64,000 bases of DNA, taken from positions 16,182,001 to 16,246,000 of the forward strand of contig OX597814.1 in assembly GCA_951406725.2 (NCBI GenBank). The letters are read 5' to 3'. Positions 1-14,786 of the stretch are shown here, piece by piece. Below the pieces are notes generated by a model. It had not been told where the DNA came from. It ran no database searches and worked only from the letters and a program-made list of their open reading frames with translations. Made by a program: the position numbers and the translations under genes. Numbering within the stretch: position 1 is the stretch's first letter; each line of letters begins with the position of its first letter. The DNA is from Octopus vulgaris. Lineage: Eukaryota.

Positions 1-414
1 GTGTGTGTTCGTGTGTGTGTGTGAGAGTGTGTGTATCTGTGTCTGTATTTCTGTGTGTGGGAGTGTGGATGTGCTTGATTTTGTATGTATATATATGTGT
101 GTGTGTGTATGTATATGATGGGGCAAAACTATCGCCCATATTTTGTACATAAATGGTCAACATAGATATTTAAGCATTCACTCTTAACAAAAAGTTATTT
201 GTAATATATTTTAATTTAGCGCTTTAATATATATATATTATATGTACATTATCATGAAGACAACCGGTCAGATATGCATACGTACAAGGGAATAATTATA
301 CGAAGATATATGCGTATGTATGTGTGTGTGTGTAGTTATGCGGGTTTGTGCGCATATATATAGGTATATCAATATATATCATCAATATATTTATCACTTT
401 ATGTATACACACAA

Positions 415-493
<79 letters not shown>

Positions 494-595
494 TATATAT
501 ATGTATATATATATAGATACATATATATGTATATATATGCATATATATATGTATATATATATATAGATACATATATATGTATATATATGCATATT

Positions 596-726
596 TCTTT
601 TTTACTTGTTTCAGTCATTTGACTGCGGCCATGCTGGAGCACCACCTTTAATCGAGCAAATCGACCCCGGGACTTATTCTTTGTAAGCCCAGTACTTATT
701 CTAACGGTCTCTTTTGCCGAACCGCT
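596..726 (-). mobile_element. SINE family A (tRNA-derived, CORE-like), 3' portion only
   Basis: TTTACTTGTTTCAGTCATTTGACTGCGGCCATGCTGGAGCACC...GCCGAACCGCTA is colinear with the 3' half of the full copies at 3148, 32480, 38780 and 53840. Confidence 0.85.
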
Positions 727-732
727 ATAAAC

Positions 733-797
<65 letters not shown>

Positions 798-1013
798 TAC
801 ATAAGTACATAGAATTTGTTTTCAACCTGTAATGTTACAATATAATCAGTTTTATATTTGGCGGAAGGATTCATCAGCGAACTTTTCAGGATTCATTTTC
901 AATACTTTAACAAGAACGATATCATCACCGGACAGTCCAACGGTGATTTAACGGGTCGAAACTTCCAAACCACAATTTAAAATGATATACGTGAGTGTTT
1001 GTATATATATACT

Positions 1014-1074
<61 letters not shown>

Positions 1075-1077
1075 ATA

Positions 1078-1122
<45 letters not shown>

Positions 1123-1255
1123 GAGCGTTATACTAATACATCCACCACCTGTCTTCGTCTTTTCTTTTTTTCGTAAGCTATCCCTATATATATATATTTA
1201 TGTATACATGAATATATGTGTGTGTTTGTCTGTGTGTGTGTATGAATGTGTAATA

Positions 1256-1352
1256 CGTTGCACATTGGGCAAGTGCATTCCACTACAGCCTCGGGCCACC
1301 CAAAGCCTTGAGAATGGATTTGGGTGGCGGAAACTGAAAGAAGCCCATCATG
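1256..1352 (+). mobile_element. SINE family A central fragment
   Basis: TTGGGCAAGTG...AGCCTCGGGCC..CCAAAGCCTTG...GGAAACTGAAAGAAGCCC matches the core of the full copies. Confidence 0.75.
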
Positions 1353-1378
1353 TATATATATATGTGTATGTATTTATA

Positions 1379-1529
<151 letters not shown>

Positions 1530-1935
1530 ATTTTTTAATATACATATAAATACAAATACATGTATATATATAATTATTTGTATAGAAATGTATATGCATG
1601 TGTGTGTAGTCTTCCCTGTACATCCCTTTAACAAAAAAGACCCTTACATTATCTATAATGCTGAAAATATATTGGTATTGGTATTTGATAATTAGACGAA
1701 AAGCTGATTAAAGCAGTGCTCCAGTATGGCCCCCCTCTAATGAAAGATACAATAAAAAGTATTAGAATAGATAAAAGAGATACATATTCAAAACAACTCG
1801 CACACATTGATACATATATACACACACATGCACACATTGTGTTATATACAAATAGACATCTGATTTTGTATACATGTGCACACATACACACATTTATATA
1901 TATATATACATACATATATATGTATAATATATATT

Positions 1936-2030
<95 letters not shown>

Positions 2031-2050
2031 TTACATATACATATATATAT

Positions 2051-2082
<32 letters not shown>

Positions 2083-2303
2083 GAATTATATATATATATA
2101 TGTTCATATACATAAGTATACATATAACCACACACTACTAAAGTTTGACGTATATTGCCAGTCATAAATTTCTGTGCATACAATTATACACACATGCAGA
2201 GACAATCAAACGTGCTATCATCTATTCATAAATTTATACACACACAGACACACACAAACACACACACACACACACATATGTATTTGTATATATTAATATA
2301 TAA

Positions 2304-2348
<45 letters not shown>

Positions 2349-2614
2349 CACACACTCATATACATATATATACATATATATATATATGTATATATTTGTA
2401 TATGTGTGTGTTTGTGTGAGTATGTGTATGTGTTTATATGCTGTCGAATTCAGCCTTTAATCTTGCGCATGCAAATGAATTTTATTTCAATATTTCTATG
2501 CATATTTTTATAGCTGGTCTGCTTCAAGTTGCAAAGTTCCAAAGTAGACTTTTTTAGTATTTATAGGTATGATTGTATGTGTTTACATGCATACATACTT
2601 TATGTATAACACTT

Positions 2615-2692
<78 letters not shown>

Positions 2693-2700
2693 GTCTAGGT

Positions 2701-2755
<55 letters not shown>

Positions 2756-3147
2756 AGATAGATAGATAGATAGATAGATAGTTAAATAGATAGATACAAA
2801 GATAGAGAGATAGATAATTAGATAGATAGATAGATAAATAGATAGATAGTTGTGTGTGTTCTTGTATCTGTGCATACACACACACATACGTAAATGTATA
2901 TTATACACTTTCATTGAGATACAGTTAACTCTCCCATTCTAGCATGATATATATGTGCATATTTGTGTGTTCTCGCACACGCGTTGCTGCGTGTATGTGT
3001 GTTTGTGTTTGCATGTATAGTGCTGCGTGTTTTGATTCATGTGGGGGTCATAATCTTTTTATAGACTGTGCCCCAGCATGGCCATGCACTCGTGTGTATA
3101 ATCTTGGAAGCAAACCTTTTGTATGTTTTCTACTACTACTCTTTAAC

Positions 3148-3356
3148 TCTTTTACTTGTTTCAGTCATTTGGCTGAGGCCACGCTGGAGCACCGCCTTTA
3201 GTCGAGCAAATCCACCGCATGACATATTCTTTGTGATCCTAGTACTTATTCTATCGTTCTCCTTTTGCCGAACCGCTATGTTACGGGAACGTAAACACAC
3301 CAGCTTCAGCTGTCAAACGATGTTGGGGGACAAACACAGACACACAAACATACACA

Positions 3357-3399
<43 letters not shown>

Positions 3400-3605
3400 G
3401 TTGTATACTGTCAATCTAACACGAACGTGTCAGTAGGGGGGTACACCACCGCTGTATAGCCCTAGGAGGCATCGACGCTTCCTAGGGCTATACAGCGGTG
3501 GTGTACCCACCTACTGTCACGTTCGTGTTAGATTGACAGTATACAACCATTCTATCGCCCCACCACCATACATGTCTCTACGAGAGATTTAGAAATTTAG
3601 TATAT

Positions 3606-3689
<84 letters not shown>

Positions 3690-3863
3690 TACATATATAC
3701 GACGGGGTTCTTTTCAGTTTCCGTCTACCAAATCCACTCACAAATCTTTGGTCGGCCCGACACTATAGTAGAAGGCTTTTGCCTAAATTGCCACACAGTG
3801 GGACTGAACCCGGAACAATGTGGTTTGTAAGCAAGCCACTTACCACACAGCCACTTCTGCGCC
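3148..3863 (-). mobile_element. SINE family A, full length, interrupted in its internal (TA)n by a hairpin insertion
   Basis: The minus strand reads GGCGCAGAAGTGGCTGTGTGG (A box), GGTTCAGTCCC (B box), the core, a microsatellite, and a 3' tail CCAGC.TGGCC.CAG.CAAATGACTGAAACAAGTAAAA. The family core motif CACCTTGGGCAAGTG (clearest in the 38780 and 53840 copies) resembles the CORE domain. Confidence 0.85.
3392..3555. repeat. Fold-back: 79-bp arms, 6-nt loop
   Basis: 3392-3470 is the reverse complement of 3477-3555 with 3 mismatches; loop ATCGAC. Confidence 0.95.
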
Positions 3864-4015
3864 TACTATTTAAGTAATGGCGTCTTAACATTACAATTCC
3901 TGAACTGAAAAGACGGGGCAGCACCACTTCAAGCTTGTTCTGTTGCACAAATTGTAGCAGGTCTCAATATACATACATCACATACAAACATGCTCTCACG
4001 CGCACGATTTTACTC

Positions 4016-4057
<42 letters not shown>

Positions 4058-4102
4058 TTTCATAAGTAGACATATGCATATACGTATAAAAATATATAGA
4101 TC

Positions 4103-4646
4103 TGTATATGTCAAAATGAACGTACGTACCTACCTACCTACCTACCTACCTTACGTACGTACCTACCTACCTTACCTACCTACCTACCTACCTACATACA
4201 TACATACATACATACATACATACATACATACATACATACGTACATACATACATATATACATACATACACACATACCTATGTACATAACTACCTACCTACC
4301 TACCTACCTACCTACATACATACATACATACATACATACGTATATACATATATACATACATACACACATACCTATGTACATAACTACCTACCTACCTACC
4401 TTCCTACCTACCTACCTACCTACATACATACATACATGCATACATACGTACATATATACATACACGCGTACCAATGTACATAACTACCTATCTACCTACC
4501 TGTCTACCTGCCAACATACGTTTACATATAAATACATACACACACACACAAACGCACGTGCACACCAACACACATACATATCGATTATTATTATGCGTCT
4601 ATGTATATGTGCATAGGCATATGTGCGTTGATATAGATATTATTTA

Positions 4647-4692
<46 letters not shown>

Positions 4693-4800
4693 CGTATGTG
4701 TGCGAATGTGTGCATATATATCTATATGTATGTATATATCCATATGTATATATATGTGTTTATGTATATATACATATATATATGTATGTATATGTATGTA

Positions 4801-4847
<47 letters not shown>

Positions 4848-4893
4848 GTATGTGTGTGTATGTGTTCATATATATGTATGCATATATATATAC

Positions 4894-4924
<31 letters not shown>

Positions 4925-5066
4925 CGTGCGTGTGTGTAGTTTCATGCATGCAAGTATGTGCGTACGGTGAGGTCAGTAGTGTACATTTTAATCTTCACAA
5001 TAAAATTAAATTTCGAAAATTTTTTCCTCTGTAATTATGCTTAAATTTGGGAATGGTATTTTTAGG

Positions 5067-5101
<35 letters not shown>

Positions 5102-5201
5102 CTCTTTATGTTCATCAATGCCTATATATATATGAATGATTGCGTGTATACACACACATAATCACAAAACAATCAAAGATAGGGATAAATATATATAATG
5201 G

Positions 5202-5246
<45 letters not shown>

Positions 5247-5280
5247 ATTATATATATGTATTTAAACATATATATGCATG

Positions 5281-5315
<35 letters not shown>

Positions 5316-6196
5316 AATTATATGTAAATTTATCTAAAAAATACATATACATACGTATGAATGTACGTATATATGCATGCACGTATGTGTATGTGTGTGT
5401 GTGGGGGGTGTCACTGTAAATACGTATGCAGGCAGATAGGAAGGTAGGATATGTAGATAAATATTTAAAGTGTGATACGAAAATTGACCGAAATATCTCT
5501 TTGTCGAAACTGTGAGGTCCCTGCGAAATTTGACTTCCTGTACAGCTTATAAATATAAGAAATTATATATAAAAATGAGACTGACCTTGAGGTTTATTCT
5601 ATAAAGATTTCAAATATAAATATGAAGATATATTAGTAAACACTCAGGCATGCACAGACGCACAAACACACGCAAGCACATGCAACACACACACACATAC
5701 ACGCACACACATACACACACACACACAAACGCACATGCACACCAACACACATACATAACTATCATTATTATGCGTCTATGTATATGTGCATAGGCATATG
5801 TGCGTTGATATAGATATTATTTATGAATGTATGTGTGTGTATGTACATATACACATTATCACACACACACATACACCTACATATTTTTATATAAACGTAT
5901 GTTGGCAGGTAGACAGGTAGGTAGATAGGTGGTTATATACATAGGTATGTGTGTATGTATATATGTACGTATGTATGCATGTATGTATGTATGTATGTAG
6001 GTAGGTAGTTATGTACATAGGTATGTGTGTATGTATGTATATATATGTATGTACGTATGTATATATGTATGTAGGTAGGTAGGTAGGTAGGTAGGTAGTT
6101 AGGTAAGGTAGGTAGGTAGGTATGTAGGTAAGGTAGGTAGGTATGTAGGTAGGTAGGTAGGTAGGTAAGTAGGTACGTTCATATTGACATATACAC
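4103..6196. repeat. Local duplication: block A (4103-4524) inverted at 5892-6196; block B (about 4535-4650) repeated directly at about 5712-5828
   Basis: Unique anchors: TACCTGTCTACCTGCCAACATACGTTTA has its reverse complement at 5892; ATTATTATGCGTCTATGTATATGTGCATAGGCATATGTGCGTTGATATAGATATTATTTATGAAT occurs twice. Confidence 0.85.
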
Positions 6197-6397
6197 ACAT
6201 AAGCACTCGCCAAAACAGAAATATTTAGATCGATTGTACCATAGATTAACAGATAGATTGGCAGACAGATAGATTTGGAGATAGTTAGGGAAAAACAGAT
6301 ATATAGACAGATAGACAAACAGGCAGTCAGAGAAATCGATGGTCAGAAACAGATACCTAGACAGACCGAAAGATAGATCGACAACCGGTGAGACAGT

Positions 6398-6688
<291 letters not shown>

Positions 6689-7367
6689 GTAAGTAGAAAC
6701 AAACTGATAGAGAAAGTCATCAGTGCCTACGTTAGGGCATTTGTACAGCCTTGCATATGTGCGTGCTCCCATATATCAAATATACATGTATAAATAGTTG
6801 GCTTTATATAAAGATAAATAGACAGACACACAGGCACATTAACTGATGATTAATATATAGAGCTTTACCGAAGTATTTCAGAAGGAGTAACTTAGAGTGA
6901 CGGCATCTGGTCCTATTTACATTGATATATACTTGGTAATTACAGTATTTCAGTGAAAAAATATGTCTATTCATGGGCTGATTTTTCATACGGGAAGCAT
7001 GACTTGTGTATGTATATATATTGAGTAAAATAGATTGTCAAATATATAGAAAATATTTGTGTGTGTGTGTGTGCTCGTATATGTTTGTACGTGCACACCC
7101 ATGCCTGTATATATTCGTAATGGGTGTATATTTCTATGAGTCTGTTTATTAGCGAGAACTGTATATAAAGATGTACCTGTGAATGCAAGACGTATACATA
7201 CATAAACACAAAGACACACACACACATGCATGAACATATATGTAAAACATATGCAAACAAATTACAGAATAATTCATAATACCTGACAGGAATATATATA
7301 TATATACACACACACAAACAAAACACATACAGACAAGTTGCAGGATATTTCATAATACCTGACAGGA

Positions 7368-7476
<109 letters not shown>

Positions 7477-8105
7477 CATATATACATATATATATACAGA
7501 GAGATAGATAGATAGATAGATACATACATACATACATAGATAAATATTATTTACATATATATGTATAAGTATATATATTCATGTATATGTAAGTACATGT
7601 ATATATATATATATTATATATATATTTGTGTGTGTGTATGTGTATGCATATATGCATGTATATGTACCTACATGTATATATATGTATATGTATATATGTG
7701 TGTGTGTGTACATGAGCTTATATATATATGTATTATGTGTACATATTTATTTTTATATATGCGTATATGTATACGTCTGTGTTTTTGTACGTATTATTGC
7801 AATAATAAAGTAATTATATAGATGTCTAATTATATTGAAATATCTATGAACATGTGTATATGTCTTTGTGCTTTTCTGTGTGTATCACAGAACACTCACC
7901 GTCGAAAATGCAAATATATAAGGTGTCATATAACTACGTTAATGATATGTTTTGGGAATTTAATCATAGATGGTCATTGTATACACGCAATTCTGCACAC
8001 ACAAATATATATCTGCGCGTGTATTCGAACATTTGTGTATTTCATTCTCCCTGTCTCCCTTTCTCTTCTCCTCTCCCTGTCTCGAATGTATTTACTTATA
8101 TATTC

Positions 8106-8318
<213 letters not shown>

Positions 8319-8470
8319 TATTTATATATATATACACACACATAAATACATGGATATATTATATGCATACATATACATATACAAATGTATATGTATATAT
8401 CCACACATCTACATTCATACATATAATACGTACACATATATTCACACACGCACATATACGGGTATCCGTA

Positions 8471-8523
<53 letters not shown>

Positions 8524-8599
8524 ATGTGATTGTATCCGTGCGTCTGTATGCATAATTGATGCAACTTAGATTTTATCGTGTATTGTTCTAGGCCCTGTC

Positions 8600-9775
8600 T
8601 AACTCAAAAACTTGTATTTTGTGGGCTTATTCATCATGTGTATAGCATTTTTGTTTGCCGAAATGGATCTGCGTGGCAATGATTCATTGTGGCAATTCTC
8701 GAAGAACTGTTTAAAGTTTATAGGATCATCTTTTTCTCTGAATACATTCGGAACGGTGTTTAATAGTGCATGGCTATTAGTGTTATTACATTTATGTCCC
8801 ATTCTGGTTAAAGGAAATAGTCTTTGTTTTTGTAGGCGACACATAGCACAATCTCTCACAGGTTACTGATTTTTAAACGTCCTATCAGTATCGTCAGAAC
8901 CACGTTAGTACATGTTTTCCACATTCTGTAAATGATATAGTTGTTATAAATATGTTGGAAAGAACAAAAACTGAGACTTTTTACGTGATCTCGGCAATCA
9001 AGACCTTTCACGGCATTAATTTGCATATTTGAAATTGACATCTAGTGCTTTGCAGTTCCCATACTATTTCATTTATCATACGCAGAACACAGCAAGCAAC
9101 AGTATTCAAGTTGAAACTGAATGTACAGAAAGGATAACAATAGGATACCTAGTCCGTAAAGATCGCTAGAAAGGATAACGTCATTAGGACCCCTAGTCCA
9201 TAAAGTTCGCCGGGACCCAAGTGTACATCTGTAGACTATAATATATGCAAGTAGATGCATTTTGTCCGCCTTTCCGTTCAAATTCCTCTGCTGTTGACTT
9301 TGCCTTTCATTATTCCGGGCGAGATAAAATAAATACCAGTTCATTACTAGAGTCGATGTAATCGACCTAGCCCTTCTGTAAACTTGCTGGCCTTGTGCCA
9401 AAATTTAAAACCAATATTTGAAGCAGGCGTTCCAGGTTTGTTTGTTATCAGCACTTACAACTAAGCTTCTGAATATCTGAGGCCATTACAGGCCATAACA
9501 GCATAAAGAATTTGGTCGCCTACGAACTTCCTCCTTTCAAAAGTAGAGGAGCGCCAATTTTTCTCGTTTAGCAGTATGCTTTTTCTTTTTTTTATCCCGC
9601 TCATTGAATCACAGTGCGGTAACCATATTGTCCTGTTTAGTCAGCAACAACTTTCTGGATATTAAGCCATTTACCAACATCTATATTTTTCTAGGTTTGT
9701 GAGATTTGCTATGCCGTATATGTAACTAATGAAGAAAAGTAGTGTCGGTACAGAACCCTGAGGAAAACATATATG
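8600..9775 (-). mobile_element. Ancient, heavily degraded CR1/Jockey-like LINE (RT and C-terminus), interrupted by a SINE
   Basis: Minus-strand translation gives LINE motifs in the expected order: FPQGSV (about 9760), DNKQTWN, LEYCCLLCS, GLDCRDHVKSLSFCSFQ..YIIYRMWK, LLNTVP..FREKDDPINFKQ. Many stops and frameshifts. Confidence 0.6.
9260..9415 (+). mobile_element. SINE family B, old variant
   Basis: GTTCAAATTCC..GTTGACTTTGCCTTTCAT..GATAAAATAAATACCAGT..GTCGATGTAATCGAC matches the core of 38265-38493 but has a different 3' end. Confidence 0.7.
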
Positions 9776-10729
9776 GCTAGTGCGGTGTTTTTACTTTGTG
9801 TACGCACACATACGCACATAACAAATATATGTATGCACTCACGCATAAATATATTCGTAGAAATATACATAAATGTATACACACATTACACACACACACA
9901 TATAAATATAAACACACAGATATGTGTGCGTGCGTTGGTAAATATTAATAATGTACTTGTGTATGCACGCATGCGTTTATTTGTATGTGTGTGTGTGTGC
10001 GCATATATTTACACATAGATATATGCCAACTTCTCTCCAGAACTAAAATTCGAAAGAGTTGCCTTTCGATGCCAGATCGTATCTCAATGGCGAGATGCTC
10101 AGACGCAGTACAGATATATGAACGTATCTTACCTCGTATATGAGATGAAATGCGTGAGATGCAACGATTTGGTCAAATCGAAAGAGAAAATGTAGGTATG
10201 AACTGAAATTACGCACCAAATCTCTCTCTTGATCTACCTGGTTTGTTAAAGTTCTTGATGAGGGGATTTTACCTGAAGTATCTGGACTGATAAAATAAGT
10301 GTAATATAAAAAAATATATTCATAATTAAAATACGTTATTGTGAAATCTGAAATTTGATTATACTGTCTTCAGTAATAATTTCATTAGATTAGTTTCATG
10401 TGTATATACTAAGCATGCAAACACAAACTGGATGTATCTTTTCACCTCAAATAATATAGAGCAGACGCCATATTCATTCCATCAGGGCTACCTCTGAAGA
10501 GTGAAAGGTTACATAATCGGACTCTTATCGAACATTCCATTGAACACTTAGTGCGAAACTGATTAAGATTGGGTGTAATTGATATATATATAATACTGAA
10601 CACTTCGAATTATACACACACACACACACACGTATATATATATATATATATATATAAAGTTAATCCAAACAAGAAAACACAAAAAAACACAGCAACGCGA
10701 GGACGTGGAACAAATAAAGTATTATTGGA

Positions 10730-10778
<49 letters not shown>

Positions 10779-12678
10779 GATGATGTACAGGTATTTTATA
10801 TTAGAAGACATGAGGTACTGAGAAATTCGGATTATATTTACAGATATTTATTTGTATATTACATGTTTTTATACATCATATATCATATAATACCGCTTTC
10901 GTCCGTTCTAGTGGAGTATTCAAATATATATTAAATGTCCGTACAGGCGTAGCTGCGTGGTAAGAAGCTTGCTTCTCAACTACATGATTCCGGATTCAGG
11001 GACATAATATATAATTTGGTTCAAACATGCCGTCACTTCGTTGCGTGGTTTGCATGAGAATATGATTTAAATAAGTGTGCACATCTTTTGAAAATTACGT
11101 ATGCAGGAAATCTGATTAACACGCACTTATTATGCTATCGGTATCGGAAATCATGGAACAAATCTTTCACTTTCAAAATGAATTTTTCCAAACTTTTCAC
11201 ATATATTATTTCGGGAAAGCTACTGCAGTTTTGTATGTTATATAACTACATTTCATTTTTCGCTGAATATTTATTATCATTTTCTTTAATTTATAAATTT
11301 TATATTACAATTTTTATATACTAAAATGTATGTAATTTTGTATACTGAAAACTTAAATTAAAGGGTGAAGTTATACGATATGTTATTTTCTTAAATTTCA
11401 AAATATATTATTCATAACTACTTCTAAATTTATTAAAGGCGACTGTTATATAAGTATTTTCTAGATATATATCTATTGCTTATTATATGGAATAATGAAA
11501 TAACCAAGTGATATTTCATTTATGGTGAGAGAATTAAGAACTGCTTGTTTAGTAACCTTATCTTTCCGAAAATCACAACTAACTTTAAGCGTGTATTACA
11601 TCAGACAAATTCTGTATATGTAGTTTGTGTATCTGGATTTATATTATTGATTATTAAACTATTATTTGTTTGCCGAATATCGTAATTGTTATCTGTTGAG
11701 TGAATAATGTCATACAATATGTATTATACACTAGATTTCTGAGTTATGGTGTAAGCTGATCAAGGATTTGAATTATTAGATTTATGAAAACAAAACAGAA
11801 TCGTGGTTTGATACTATATTTACTTTATTATTGAATGGAGACTTATTTTGGGTGACAATATTTTAAGTAAAATAGACTAAAGTGAACAGTATGCAACCAG
11901 TTTTGTAAAAGAAATTCATCTAACTAAACAGAAAGATTTGAGAATGTTGTTTTCCTGATGGTGTAAGTACCAAACGGAAATGAAATAATTTTAAGTTATT
12001 CGTTTTTGAAAAATAATGAACCGGTTAAGCCGAAAAAAATTCAGAGAATTCAGATTAATTTCATTTTTCTTTCACAAAAATATCTTTAGAATTTATATCT
12101 GATAAATATTTAAATTTACAATAATTCATTGCAAAAAGCTAAATCCTACATCATCTGTATTCAGTTATCCTGCCCGAATCCTAAACAAAGAAAATATCAG
12201 AATTCATCTTTACTTCCCATTATATATGTTTGGCGCCTAACACTGAAACGTGTCTCTAGACGAAGGGATATCATTGAAATAATGGTCAGCCACGTGACCA
12301 ATTGCAATGTCCAAACACGCAACATTTTACCCGCTCAGCTAAATCTGAAATGCCCTCTCATCAGTGACTGTTTAGCTGGTCAAGCCCGTCACTGAAAATA
12401 CAACGATTCAAAAAGTACACAACGAATGAAAGAAAATAACTTTCTGTCACATAGACGTCTTAAATAAAACGATATACAAGAATATATCTAGTCAGATATT
12501 ATGCAAGAACTTTCTCCATATAACTAGTTCTATTTCTTTTAAGAAGATGAAAGTAAAGTCGATGTTCAACTAATAATATGGTCCTCTTGTTGAAAGATTA
12601 ACGTTAAGTCGAGTCTACATACACACGCACACATATGTGTGTGTCTGTATATATATGTATATATACATACTTATATGT

Positions 12679-12720
<42 letters not shown>

Positions 12721-12725
12721 GTGTG

Positions 12726-12773
<48 letters not shown>

Positions 12774-14739
12774 CATATGTATTCATAGGTAGATATAGAT
12801 ATAAATATATATACATATACAAATTTCGTTTGTTCCTATAGTGCTTGGTCATTTCAAACGAACTTTTGCAGGCATGGTGGGGGAGAATGTTAGTAGTAAT
12901 TTAGCAGGCAGACTTGGCTGAGGAGATATCGATCACCTATTTGGCGCTAAATTTCGAAACCTGTACCAGGTTGGCCAGCATTTACTTGTTCTGACCCACT
13001 AGAGGTAAGACATTATATTTGTTCACTGATATTTTTTCCTATCATGTTTGTAACAGATTTGTGACTATTCAGTGGTACAGAAGTATTTTTCGACTGCTAT
13101 TTTTTAGCGATATAGGTACTCATATAGTACCCTTGTGTACATATATATATACATATCTAATAGTGTATGTATATAATTTATTAATTTGCCTGTACGGATG
13201 ATAATTCGCTTACCACTCGTAATGGTATTTTAATAGCATCCCTATTTAATTACATATACACCTGTATATGTGTGTGTGTGTGTGTGTATTCATGCTGAGT
13301 TTACAGTAGAAAGAAATAAGCGTACCTATATGTGTAGATGCATAAACACTATGCTAACACCATCACCACCACCTATATCCTAATACCACAAGCATAATCA
13401 TCTTTATCAACACAAACCATTGCACCTCCCCTACAAAATACATCAACTTCCACTTTTCTGACATCGCCATCACCACCATCGCTGCCATTGTCGTCGTCGT
13501 CATCTGCTTCATTATTACTAACCCCTCCATCGCCACCTTTATATATTCTCCACAGTTTTCGAAACTCAAAACTTCTTCTTATAACCCTTCTAAGTCAAAC
13601 AGCTGACGGCTTTTTTTTTATTTTTTATTTTCCTTCCTATATATTTTTTTACTCCATTTTCCATATCCAAACGACCTTATTTTGTTTAAATAATTGCACG
13701 AAATGAAACTGAAATAAATATCTAGCATCCATTTATTATGGCAGTGCCTCTCATTTTCCTGCCTAATCAGTTGCTGATTGCTTAGCAGCACCCATTCCAC
13801 TTACTCTCCCACCTACATCATATTCCTCTCCAGACACTCTCTTTATACTGTCATCACCTCTTCTTACTCACTTTCCCTAGCTTTTATTTTCTCTTAGTTT
13901 TATAATCTTATTTTTTTCTTTTCCTGCATGAACTTCATATGTATGTGTGTATATGTATGTATCTCATTCTCTTCTTACACCTCCGTTGCACACACATCAT
14001 GTATTCTCCCTTTTCTCATCACTTACCTTATTTCTCTTGTCACTTTGCTTATTCCCTTCTCTCTCTCTCTCTCTTTTTTACTCTCTTTATTTTCCTTACT
14101 TTCCCCTTTTCACTGAAGGCTTTTACTTCTCATTCTGTTGCTCGCTTTCATTTCCTTTCGCTCTCTTGCTTTTCTATTTTCAGATTCACTTACAACAAGG
14201 ACTTGAATGACGACTGCCATACAACACTCGCAGGCATGCGCCAGCCAAAACGTATCCTGTTAGAGAATTTAACTGTTTTCACGCTATCTGGAGATGCCGA
14301 GGCCGTAGGGCTTATTTTGCAGTGTTACGCGAAATCCGCCCCAGAGTCATCCTCTTACTGCATAGCGAAAATTGATTTCAAATTAAGCGACAAAGCAGAG
14401 AAAACGATTGGTTTCTTTTCGGCAACAATAGTGTTTCCAGGAAAAAGAAGGCAACAAGATGAGCGAACAAGCTGAGAACAATCAAGATTTTCTGATTACT
14501 GTATCTATTTCGTTGGTTAGAAAAGTTAGAAAGAAATTATTTCGGATCTGGTGACATTTTTCAATAGAGGCTTGAGTAATTTTCACTTGCTTTTAATTGT
14601 GTTCTTTATGTCAGCTAGGGTGATATCTATAATAAGTTTTCCTATCGTTCTTCTGCTGTTGCATGAATGAGGTGGCACCGTCAGTGTCAGTAGTGACGAA
14701 CAACATTAGCAACACTGACAATGACGATAGACACGGTGA

Positions 14740-14751
14740 TGACGACATTCG

Positions 14752-14786
<35 letters not shown>

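Noticed and set aside
820-885. CTGATGA...GAAA on the minus strand as a hammerhead
   Set aside because: No stem I pairing and a mismatched stem II.
12300-12395. miR-219-like TGTCCAAAC and a CAGTGAC/GTCACTG hairpin
   Set aside because: Seed does not match and the stem is too short for a pre-miRNA.
14655-14675. TGCATGAATGAGG resembling the 3' part of miR-67
   Set aside because: No seed match and no hairpin.
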